Source of the DNA: Phoronis australis
Lineage: Eukaryota; Animalia; Phoronida
Direction of reading: 5' to 3'
DNA length: 64,000 bases
NCBI GenBank assembly: GCA_002633005.1
Contig: NMRA01000017.1
Location: forward strand, 717,587 to 781,586
Positions 1-12,700 of this stretch are shown here, in pieces. How positions within the stretch are numbered: position 1 is the stretch's first letter; each line of letters begins with the position of its first letter. The position numbers and the translations under genes are program-made. The notes beneath the pieces were generated by a model. It saw only the letters and a program-made list of their open reading frames with translations. It ran no database searches and was not told the DNA's origin.

Positions 1-638
1 TTGACCCCGAATGACCCACCTAGCACTGTTCCTTGGATCGTTTATGCTGCTCTGATGTAGGTTTAGCTTTGTTGAGCCGTGTCCGTTATGTTGCGCCATC
101 TATTGTTTTTTTATTTTGATTAAATGCTCTCTTTTCTTGCCATGTATATTAACCGATCAGAAATCTGTACAGTTCGATAGAATTTTAAACGGGCTTTCAT
201 AAGATATTTTTCATTTCTCGCTAGTCGTCATGATCGTCGTCGTCGTCCTCCCCACCGTCCTGTTTTCGCGTAATTTTGCCAAGTGTCGCTCCTCCGAGCG
301 CTCTCGTTTAATTTTTATTTAATTTTAATTAGTTTTCTTTTTTTTTGTCTCTTTTTTATTATTATTTAGACTTTATGCGTACGTTTATTTCAATTAAAGT
401 TTACTACACAAATAAACATTTCTATCACACAAGCCTATTTATTTATGGAATGATACATCACCTGGAAAATTTTCTTATTTTTTTTGTCATAGGTCATTCC
501 AAGCCTTGAAATTTAATTGATTGTGTGATTACAAAGTGTGGATTTATTTGTTGTTTTTGAAATTTACTAAGTTAAAATCATGAATCTAAGACTGGTGTGA
601 CTCACCAAGTGTATTCACTGCTGTCCTGCCAATTTCAG

Positions 639-715
639 GTATCACACAAATTTGACCCACCTGAGCCTGGCCGGTTGTTCACTCATAACAGACAAGGGAC
701 TGACACCTCTTACAG
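639..715 (+). CDS. LRR gene exon (YHTNLTHLSLAGCSLITDKGLTPLT)
   Basis: tttcag| ... |gtagct; LRR motif. Confidence 0.88.
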
Positions 716-3700
716 GTAGCTATAATACCAACTGTTTGATATTTTACGATACGGTTAAGGTCTGTTAAAAGTTTTGCTAATAACCAATACTTCCAAGTAG
801 AGCACAAAGGAATAGTTTTGATTTCTTGTTCAGTGCACTAGTTGACATTTGAAGTGATTTGAACCGTTTTGTATCACACAGCTCCTTGACACTGGTCAAC
901 TTATTTGTTTACCCTCGTCCTAGAAAGCATTTATTTGTTTACCTTTCTGATACAAATTGGTTATTTCCACCTGTTCTCAAGAAAATTTAAGGAATTCGCC
1001 GCTGTATTGTACTATAGTTTTAACAATGATGACACTTGATATTGTTACTTGCTAGAAGATGGGGGTAACTAACTGTGTTTATGGAAGTCATTTGATGAAG
1101 CTATTTTTTAATCACAGTCATTACGGTTAGTAGAGTAAGTAACTCTAGTTAAAATGGTATCAAATTTTGTACTCTGGAACTGTGCTGACTAATGAATAAT
1201 GGATTCTCTATAAGTATTGATGTGTTGTTTGATGTATGTATTGTATATACTGTATTTTCCCTTTCAATGTATATGTGTGTGTATATTCATTAACAGTATT
1301 ACCATTTACTAATAAATTGTAATGTTGAATATTCTTAGGTTGTTATCACAGTCTGCATATAATTGTGTATTGGTTTAGTAGACTAAACGTATACAGTTTA
1401 CTAATAGAGTCTTGAATTTAAGTTAAAAGTTCGACATTGGAGAAGAACCTTTTTATTCCATCCATTTAATGTCAACCTTTGTTTTATTTTTCAGTTTTGT
1501 CCAAATTGAAATCTATCAACCTTTCTGGGTGCAAACACATCACTGATGGTTGTTTTGATGTCATCAGAGGTGAGAGGGAGTATCACACAGAGTGAACAAA
1601 AGGTGGCGCCGCAGTATTGCAGTGTTAAGCCCTGTTTGCATTTCTGTGTTGACATATCTGTTTAGTTTCATTATAATTTTGGTTAAAGTGCATCAGAATC
1701 ATATTGCATTATTAACAAGTTACAGTATAATGTCTTCAATTCCAAGCAAAATAATTACCTAAATTGTCATTTCATGGGCGGCACACCATAGAGGGCTGGG
1801 GGGAGGGGGCTACAGCCCCCCTTTTTTCAATGCTGCGCCGCCCGTGGTCTATGGGGGGGTGCACCACAAGGGGTATGGAGGGGCTATAGCCCCCTTTTTT
1901 GGTGCTGCACTGCCCATGCATTTTATGCTCCCATGTGTACATACAAGGGTGAGTTAGAGGAATTTTCAGCATTATGCCTAGCTCCCTCTGGTGACAATTC
2001 CTCCAAATCTCACTTGGGTTCTAGACATGAGAAATAACTCCAGAGAACAGGCCAATAATCTGTGTACATTTTTTTTGCATATTGAGCAGTAAACTTTACA
2101 AAAACGCGCAAAAGAAAATTAAAAATATCCATCTTTTGTTGTGCTTGATGTCCCATCATCTCTAACCAGTTCAGTGGATCAAACCGTTCATGTAAGTGTC
2201 TACTATGAAACATCGTATCATGCCCATTACGTTTTGTCGCAATCAAGCTGAAGTGACTTTCATGTTCTCCTTACATTAAAGAATGCATGGTTAGTTGCAG
2301 GCTATTACAAATTAATGATTATAGTACTCTGTGATGTATCACTTGCCAATAATTGATCTCGAGCCAAGTGCTTCTTTTACTTTCTATTATAAAAAATATA
2401 ATTACAGGCGGTCTGATACATGTTGTACCAGACGCGCGCAGGCCTCGCATGTGGGCCCATTGCACTGATCACCTGGAAAGATTTTTGTGCTTTATTAATA
2501 TATGGTTAAAACTGAGCTGAGGAGCTAGAAACCTGGCTCAAGCGTTTAGCTCAAGGGTAAAGAAAGCGGGCACCTATCAACCAGGCCACACTGCCTCCTC
2601 TTACTTACACTGCACTGTACTTTTGCAGAGTTGGTGAGTTTGCAGACGCTGAACCTAGAGGGCACTGCCATCACTGACTTGGGTTTGGAGGAGTACAGCC
2701 GAGGTCAACCAGCGGAGTTACAGCAACTGAACGTGAATATGACAGCTGTCACTCACTTGCTGTTTGCCTACCTGAAAGGTGATAAATTTGCAAAATGTGG
2801 TACAAAATAACATCTTTCCAAGAAATCATACACCAGGATATCATGTTTTTAATTTTTCATTGATTGCTCAATGTCTCATTTTGTCAATGTCAGGTAATAA
2901 ACAATATGTTATCATATGACTATAGTATTGACTGGTCGATGGACACAAACTCTTAGTAATACTCTCAATGTTCTAAGCAGGTAAAATTCTCGCTTGATAG
3001 TTCTCATGACAAGGTCAATCCGGATCTTTGTACTGATTGTTAAAATTCAAGTTAACCGATCAAGTAAATTGCCATTTAATGTGTTGGTATATCTTCTTTT
3101 GGTACCATAATACCTTCGAAGAGGATACCAAAGTAGGATGTCAGTCAGGTTTATTATGCGTCCACGTAATACGTATGTGAGGGATATTGCTGTCCTCTCT
3201 TTCTGGGCATCCAGTGTTCTAATCCCTTTGAAATGTGTTCGTGGGATTTAACTTATGTGTTCAAATGAAGCTGATGACAGATTGCAATGACTTTCGGACA
3301 GATTTGGCTACCGTGGTGCCACCTAGTGGCAATTTTAATTTCTTATATTTGTCTCTGAGTATTCGGAGTTCCTTGATGGATTTTCATGAAATTTGACAAA
3401 TAAGTTTCTATTGAGGAGACAAGTATGCTTTTCCATTTTAAGATGGATTTGATGTATTCTGCACCACCTAGTGGCCATTTTTTATTCTTTTTTCATGTAT
3501 TTATTGGCATCCGCGTCTCTATTGTCTAAACAACTTAAAGGATCATAATCAAATTTCACAGATGTGTTCCTATTGAGATGAGAATGGCTGATCGTTTTCA
3601 TATGGGTTCAACATATTTTGCACCATCTAGTGGCCATTTTTATGATACTTAATTAAATGTTTACTAACATTTTGCATTGTTATTGTTACTTAGTCTGTTG

Positions 3701-6700
3701 TGCTCTTTCCCCAAAATTTTTATTAACGTATGTGTTTTAATTATTGTGCTCTGTGTTACAGACTTGCCACAGTTACATCATCTCAGCTTGGCTACAACAA
3801 AGGTAAAATTATTAATCAACCAGTAATATTGGAAAACATTCTAGAAAACACAAACAACTGCCTCCTAGTTACATTCCCAGACATCGTGCTCAGACATCAT
3901 GCCAAGACAGAGTGTGCGCTTTCTGTCCCAGTAGTGTTGAGAATGAGTACCATTTTCTTTTTAAACTTACTGGGACCTGAATTTGGCGAATAAGACGGTT
4001 AAAACCCATTAGTTAAACCATTTTTTTGTATTTTGTAATACTTCGAAATGTATCGTGTTCTTTGATGTGAGGTCTTAAACGTTAACACAATTACCAAGAT
4101 GTGAAATCATAGTGTTTGTGGAAAAAATCAAAACTGTGTGAAAACTCATAAAATCTTGTCTAGCCTCAAGTACAATTCAAAACCAATCAAAATGGTAAAA
4201 AGCAAGGATTCTTCAACTTAATTGTGCATACACTGAATTTTGATATGAGAAAAGTTTATTATCTGGTATGTATTATTGTAAGCACCTTTCCATTTTCATA
4301 TTTATTAAACTGATATCAACAATGTACAATATGTTTACCTTTGACCTTTGTAAAAGATTATTTAGTTTTTGCCTTTCAACTTTGTGAGAGCTTGGTGCCC
4401 ACCTAAAGAAATAAAAGTGTCCTTCATTTTGTACATTACACCTATGGGGTTTGTTATGGAATTTGGTTTGTTTTGATTTATCCTAAATTCCTGTGTCCAT
4501 TTGACTTGTTCATAAGACATCCCCTCTGCTTTGGGGTTGAAATTTGAGTAAAAGTTCCAAGTCATGTAAGTATATATTGTAAACACCGTGTGTTCTTATA
4601 GTCAATACAATTATATTGATTTCATGTCTTGTTGCTGTGATACACTAAATTGAACTAGCCTTGCCTAATGAGCTGTAGTGAATTTGATGAAAGTTTTCTG
4701 TTCATAAAATTACATTCAAGACTTGCACCGAGTATTTGGCTACTTAGGTAAGCTCACACCATCGTCTTTTTTCTGATACGGTTTTAAGAATCGCGTGTTT
4801 ACCCATGAGGTAGAAGTAACTGTTAACAATTAAAGAATATTGAAATAATTATCCTCACAATAGAGACGTTATATTCTTTCAATTTCTTGTTAATAAAAGA
4901 TTTTTATATTAATTAGTGATTGGTGCAGATCAGCAAACAAGAATGAAGTAAATCTTTAAAAAGGCAACACTTGGTTTTTGTGCCGGAAACACATTTTTTG
5001 GTGTTATTTTTGATTTGATAGATTTTTTAAGTAATTTGCTTTGACCAGAGATATAAAACAACAAAAAACCTGTTGTGTTTTTGTGACTTATTACAAATTG
5101 CCATTTCTTGCCATTAGCTGCCATCTTTCACTAAAAACAAGAACGGTGACTTTATCAGTTGAACATGCTTAAAATGTTTTGCTCTCTTCTGAGTGAGGTT
5201 TAGCTCCACCAGCATTGGATTGAGGTCGTGAATTCAAATCCGTCTTGAGGGCTGATCTCAAAATTGACTTTCCTTGACGTTTGTTTCACTGTAATATGAC
5301 CAAATTTTTTGGTTATATCCAGATCAGTTTTCTCATTTCAGGTCAGTAGTTTAAGTGGAGTTCAAAAGATGGCGCGACTGCAGTCACTGAACCTGGAGAG
5401 CACCAATATCATCACAGACTCACTGCTCTGTCTGTCTGGACTGATATCTCTGTCTGCATTGAATATTTCTAACACACTAAATGTGGAGGGTGACAGAGCT
5501 TTAGAGTACATCTCAGGTAAGTTATTGTGATACTGTATACTGAAGTTCAAAAAGGTATGTCTCAAGATCATTTATTTATTAACTGACGTTAGATATTAAA
5601 TGTACATTTTATTACTTCCCTTTTTCTTTTAAGATAACCAAAAAAGGTAATTACATTTCATGACCTACAGATTTGCAAAATTAAAATTTTACAAGTAAGT
5701 TGTTTAGTTTTCAAAATTCTTTTTTGCTGTGAACTTTATGCAATCTTAACAGCAGCTCAAGTTCTGAGCTGTTTTTGAACATATTTTTATTTACTTTGCA
5801 GGTTTACCACTTCATACACTTGAAATGCCAGACAGAATGTCGACAACTTCAGTTGGTATCCAGTTTATCAAAGGTTTGTATCTGTCATATGGATATGATT
5901 GCCAAAACGTCACAGTGTGCACCGAGCTCTCAAAAAGTAAGACTATATTTAATTGTTGGTTATCGTGTAGTTCGCTGTTCATCTCGAACTGTGTACCGTG
6001 TGCAGGCTAGTTGGAACATGACCTGCATTTCAGGAATTCGCAGAAATACAGTTCGTGTCCAATTTTTTATATGAGTATTCAGCATTGTGGTACATCGATC
6101 TTTTATTCTTTCAGACATGCCCTTGTCCTTGCTAAATCTCACGAACTACATTCACGTGGACGACGAAGGTGTCCGATATATTGGTCAGATAACAAGGTGT
6201 GTACCAGTACCTAATTTTCAGTGTTTAACTAAGCTTAAGAACAATTCATAGTTCATTGTTGCATTAAACCAGGCGCACAAAGTTGTCATGTTCTGGATAG
6301 TTTCGGCAGCCAATGCTAAGTGACGATGGGGAGAGATCTTTGTAACCAAGCAGTTCAGATATTAAGAACATGACTGGTGCTTTGGAAGAGCAAATAGAAC
6401 TGTGAAGAAAGTGGTTTGTGAGACCAGAACATGGATGGTAGTGGCTTGCGTTGAAAAGGTTGAAAACAATCTAACAAAATGTTAGTGTGACTGAGTCTGA
6501 CAAGATGTTAGGGTGACTGAGTCTGACAAGATTTTAGGGTAACTGAGTCTGACAAGATTTTAGGGTAACTGAGTCAGACGAGATGTTAGTGTGACTGAGT
6601 CTGACGAGATCTTAGTGTGACTGAGTCTGACGAGATGTTATTGTGACTGAGTCTGACGAGATGTTATTGTGACTGAGTCTGACGAGATGTTAGTGTGACT

Positions 6701-9700
6701 GAGTCTGACGAGATGTTAGTGTGACTGAGTCTGACCAGATGTTAGTGTGACTGAGTCTGACGAGATGTTATTGTGACTGAGTCTGACGAGATGTTATTGT
6801 GACTGAGTCTGACGAGATGTTATTGTGACTGAGTCTGACGAGATGTTAGTGTGACTGAGTCTGACGAGATGTTAGTGTGACTGAATCTGATGATATGTTA
6901 GGGTGACTGAGTCTAGCAAAGTGTTAGGGTGACTGAGTCTAGCAAGATGTTAGAGTGACTGAACCATGTGATAAAGGTTGAAAATGTGGTTAAAAGTCAA
7001 AGGATTGTAAATGAGAAAACCACTAAAATGATTCTCAACATTGTTTCTATTTTTTTCTACATTGAAAATGCCCCAATAATATGTTAATTATACTTCGTTT
7101 TTCATTGTAGTCTCAAGAAGTTAATGTTATCAAATACAAAACTGACTGATGTTGGAATGACTTACCTGAAGGGTAAGAACTAGTGATTGTCTCTTATTAA
7201 TTTTTGAGTTGTTTTTTGTTCAACGTCGCATTCTCTGTTCTGTGTATATTAGTGATGTCAGACTTTTCCTAAACTTAATAATGGAACAAGAGTGTAGTGT
7301 TCTGAATAATGTACGGTAATTCTCCACTTCCATAGCGCACTCACGGTGTTTCACATACCCAAAATTATTTATAAAAATGATATTTTGTTCATCACTTTAT
7401 TTCGCACGAGGCTACTGGGTGAGAATTTCTCTCCTATTTCGCACAGTTATTTTTGCTCTTAGGAAAATATCAAAGCAAAGCCGTGTAATTATTTCTAGTA
7501 ATTCACGCCTCTTTAACTGTGTTAATAAGCTCTGAACATTATTTATTGGCCACTTAATTAATTAATTCACACTGGATATCTCATGTTCTCGTAAACATGA
7601 GATGAAATGGGTGACCTGGATAAGTGTCGTGTGACTGAGTCATATGCTTAAAAGAGTGTTTTATCAAAGATTGGGTAAAGTACTTTTGTGTTGAAAAAAT
7701 ATAAATTGCATGTGAACGGCAAGTTGAAGGGTTTGCCTGGCTGTCTCAATTTCATGTGAACGGACATTATCTGGAACGTTATGTGTTGTAGATTTGGTCA
7801 ACTTGGAGGTGCTATGTATTGACCGGACCTCTGTGTCAGATGAAGGAGTCAGTGTTCTTAAAGGTAGGTTACAGGGGCAGGGCATTTGGGTCACTGTTCA
7901 CTTTGTGACGTTGAGATAGTCGGGATGTCCAGATTCTTCATTAAATGAAGCTAGGAATGTCAAAAAGTCAATGGCACCGGCTATGGTGAAATCTCACGAA
8001 TTGGAGACTTCTGCTCAGAAAATACAGCACAGACCATTACATCTTATCTGTTTAAGCAATTGTCTTATAGTTAGTCAGCTTCATGGCTCATGACTATGCA
8101 AAGTGATGAACTTTGCCCCATCATGACTGGACAGGCCAGGAAGTGAGGTCTGCTTTCTACAATCACACTGGAAGCATGTTCCTGAAGAGACAAAAAATCC
8201 ATAAATGTTCCGATGTGAAACGCACATTTGTTTAATAACCGTTCAACTTTGCCCACTCTATATTTGTCCATGAACGACTATGTTTATGAAATAATTTAAG
8301 TTGTTTAGTTAAGCAGCACTAATTTAAAACTAGTGCGTGGCCGTTAATTATCTGAAGAGGTGAACAGCTGTTAAATGACCTATTGCTCTTCAAATCATCC
8401 CCTTCACAATGTAAATTTAAGTTCTTTTGATTACTCATCCCTAAGATTCCTTTTTTTCAATAGCCCTTATCAAACTTTGTTTAACTCTGGTATAAGACCA
8501 CCGCCTACAAACAACTTGGTGGTTAAATAATCATAATCATGAACAAAACTGGCACCCGATTTGCAAAATACAAGAAAAAGGAGCAGTGTTTGTTTGAAGA
8601 ACAGAAGGTCATACTCATGAGCATATCATTGCTGTCGTGTATTTTGCAAGCCCTACCACAATACGATGAATTCAAACTGCCTAAATGCGCTACACATGGG
8701 ACATCAGAGCATGATGTTTGATTCATGAGACTTCACATTGGTGTCGTGAACAATGGAACAGGTATCAACATTATAAATGATGTGAAATTCAGACAAAATA
8801 TATTTTTTTTCAAATCCTGTAATTACATGTACTGTACATCTGCATTACATCAGTTTTAATCCGATGCAACTTCCAATAAAAAGGGCGACTCACGTGCTAG
8901 TAGTGTGGTAATTGGTGACCTCTTTACGGTGTATCGGTCATCTGAATTAGTCTCTCGGTGCTTCCTTCAAGAATGTCTCAAGGTTTGTTTACAATTGATT
9001 ACATCCCCCAACTATAACAACAGTGAATAGCTAAAAACGTATCATGACGGATAGCCACGATGATGATCAATTGTGCTTACACTGATGAAGTATGCTTTGT
9101 CTATTTTGGTTTTGAAATTCACAAGTTGGCTTTGTTTTAGGGTTTACAAATATCCAGGAGTTAAGTCTTTCAGAAACCAGGTAGGTGGACAAATTTAGTG
9201 ATGCCTTCCTTGTGGTATACCTATGATGTAGTTTGTCTTTAGTTGATTTCCCGGCGGAACTGAGGCCACCAAGAGTCGGGTCGACAGAATTCCGTGATAG
9301 CAGAGTAGGAGTGTCATTTTGTGATTTTGATAATTAAATGTTTGATTCACTCTCAGATGTAAACATGAACTTCAGTGCAATGTTCCTGTCGAGGGTTTGT
9401 TGCGTGGGGAATTTTATTGATCTATGTTGATTGAATAATTAAGTTTACAATATGGAATTTGTTATGAAAAATTGAGTTATCTGCCAATTCTTTCTACCCT
9501 TATCTGACAGTGTATAGCGTTTAAAATCTTGGCTTATCGGTTTTGATTATGGTTGTTCAATTCTCACTCTGTGCCATGACTCTAGAACTCATTTGGTCCC
9601 CATTGGGTCCTACATCGCTAAGTATTTTGTCATTCAGATTAAGTTGTCTAGATAATAAGTTTACAGCATTTAGTTGGTGGCTGCTTCACAACTAGTATAA

Positions 9701-12700
9701 ATTGTCTTCTCTGAAATGTTGTATTGAATTTTGGAATTTATGAGAGAAATGAGAGAAAATATACAGGAACATTCGGGTTTTAGTCAGAAGTGTTTGTTCC
9801 AACATTTTTTAATTTTTGTCGTATTGCACTTTATGGTCAGTGGTGGGCATCATTGTTTTTCTTGCATTGGATTTGAGTCCACACTTCTTTTCTTAGTCAT
9901 AAAATAATCTGTTTTCAATAGCTTGTAACATGGTGTGTTATGTACTTTCATACCATTTTAATTAGTTTTTGTTATTTCAGAGTTAGCAGTGAGTTCATCA
10001 TTCGTGGTTGTCTTACCAACTGCCTGATGTTATCCAAACTAAACCTGAGTAACACTGCAGTCACCACTAGAGGTCAGTCTATACTGTTGTTCATATATCT
10101 GTCTTCTTACTCTGTCTTGTTCTCCGTGTTGGATTTTTCACCATGGTAATGTTTTGTGATGTTGTTCGAAACAAAATTAAATTAGAACTGACAACGAGCT
10201 CAATTTACGGTTTTCTGATTCTAAACATTGATGTAAACTAGAAGCCAGAAACAGCCCATGGTAATCACTCTTTAGATTCTACTGTTTGCTTAGTTTGCTC
10301 CAAATATTTTCTAAAATTGTTTCTTCTGAGAAAATTATATGTTCATCTATAAGTTTCAATTAATTCCTGAATTAATTTTTGATAATGATACAAAATTCCA
10401 CTTTTCTGTCGCATAATGTGTAACTTACATGGGAAACATAATCGACACTCGGTGAATTCAGCATTGTTTGTTATTTTAAATTTGTTACGATAGAAACAAA
10501 AACTTGCTGTAAAAATACTTATTTTTCTTTCTTCATAGCTTATAGTGACATGGCATACTGAATTGTGATGTTTTATGTTATCATTTTATTGGAGTTTTCA
10601 TAAATTGCTGCAGATATGAAGTTAGAGTGTTACTTGGCTATAAACGGAGTTATCATCTCTTGTAAAGCATAAGTTATGCAACTGTAAAGCTGTGATTTGT
10701 TTTGAACGTCTCCTAGGTATCGTATGTTGTTTTCCAACAGTGTTGTCTGTGCTGTTCTACAACGGTCTGATAGAAATTGGATTAGTGTTGTGGTGAATAA
10801 ACAGAAAGATAAGAGCGCCTGCGTTTTGGACAGGAAAAAATAATTAATTTCTCTTTATAGGCTTTTTATGGCGTACTATTAACTTTATTTTTGGCATGTC
10901 ATACCACATTTGTCATGGCACGCCACAATGAGCGATCTTTCTCATTTGGATATTCCTTAGCAAAGGCTGAGTTTTAATAAAGTTACCGTGACATTTAATG
11001 ACTAGACCATAACTGACTAATCAACGCTGGTAGGCTCGAATGAAGCAATTAACTGCTAATAGACGTTGACAATAGTTTCCTGACAAGCAGCTTTCTCTGT
11101 GGCTGATTATTAAAACATTCAGTGCTTTGCACAATCAATTAATGTCATTGAATTGTCTTATTTGTTGGTCGCTAAACTAGCAGTTCATCAAGTAAAAGCC
11201 AAATAAATTGAGTGCGTTGTTGAACAAATGCCGATTGCTAATGGGACTCTCTGTGTCATAGTCTTAATGAACAAGTATTTTCTCTCCTTATGCCTTCATA
11301 TAATGCTTCTCTGCACTTCCTCCCTTAATTTCATGTATTGCACTTTTATTTTTCCTCGATAAATATTTACAAAATATACATGCCCTGATACTTGCGTGTT
11401 TTTCCTAACTCACACTCCACTCTGAGGATGAACTGCACCTTTAACAAAATTCATAAAACGAATGTGACCGCAAATAATATGAATTGAGTTTTGTTGAAAT
11501 GAGAAAATAGAAGATAGTTGATTTCCAACACGGGTTCGTTAGCACAGATTGTAGACCTGAGCATGATGCTTTTGAAACTTCCATAAGGCAATAACTGTCG
11601 TGTGATTGGCCAGTCTCCTTTTGTGTCCCAGTGCTACACTATAGTGAACACTTGCAACTGAAATGGGGCTCATTTAATAGTTTTAAACAATTACTACAGA
11701 TGTCATGTCACTGTTGGCCTGTTGATGGGAGTGTTTCTGGAATTTTTGTGAGGGTTATTTTCTGGAATCTTGTAAAATTATCAAAGCAATGCTGCTTTGT
11801 TAGTTGTGTTAACTGATCTGTAAATTTGAGGAAAGATTCCGTTTAAAAGATTAGCATGAATGAACCTAATAACGTCAATGGTCTTTTATTTTTGATGTCC
11901 CAAGATAATAGCTGTACTAGCTGTGTGCGGAAATTAATAAATTGTGTACTGTATTTGCCCTAATAAGCGCCTGGGCACTTACAAAAATTCGTTTCGGGGG
12001 AAAGTGGACGCTTATTGTAACCTAAAGCGGTTGGAACCCAGTGTCTGAAACAGGCAAAATCGGAAGCTAGGATTCATCAAATTTACACTCTGTGACGTAT
12101 ATGTAACCCATGACAAACTTTCTACAAAACTGTGGTGCATTGCTGTCAAACTTCATTGTTGAAGTACGATCATTTTACAGAAAATTGTGCTGAAATCCCA
12201 GGGTGAAACTTCACCTTTGCGTCACTGCCTCGGGATCGTCGACATGACAACTTGATTAAAAATACAGTTTCGACTCAACAAATTACCAGAAATCCTCACT
12301 TAAGTTTTCCAAATAGCATTCCAAAGATTCTTAAGTTCATGTGGACTCAGGATTAACAGCAGGTTAAAGATGCTATGTCTCATTAAAACCGTGAATATTT
12401 AAATTTGTAGCAAGTGCCATCTTGTGACTTCTTGGAGAACTGTGTGTACACACTTATACACTTAAAAACAAATGTGAGCTTATAGAAAACCCTAGTAATT
12501 TCAAATATTTTGCAATCATTATTTGATAGTGAAATGAACAAGTAATTAAAACTATGCCTTGTTTCATTAGGATAATGATGGCATATTACCATACACATTT
12601 ACATAAAAATATTCTCTCAAAAGGAGACTTTCATGAGATTGTAATAACTGGTTCTCGGATGGTTTCCGGCACACTGGAAGACCCGGGGTTGTTTGTAAAC

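Noticed and set aside
6479-6962. CRISPR-like appearance of the 26-bp repeat
   Set aside because: Units are head-to-tail with no unique spacers, lie inside a spliceosomal intron, and there are no cas genes; it is a minisatellite.
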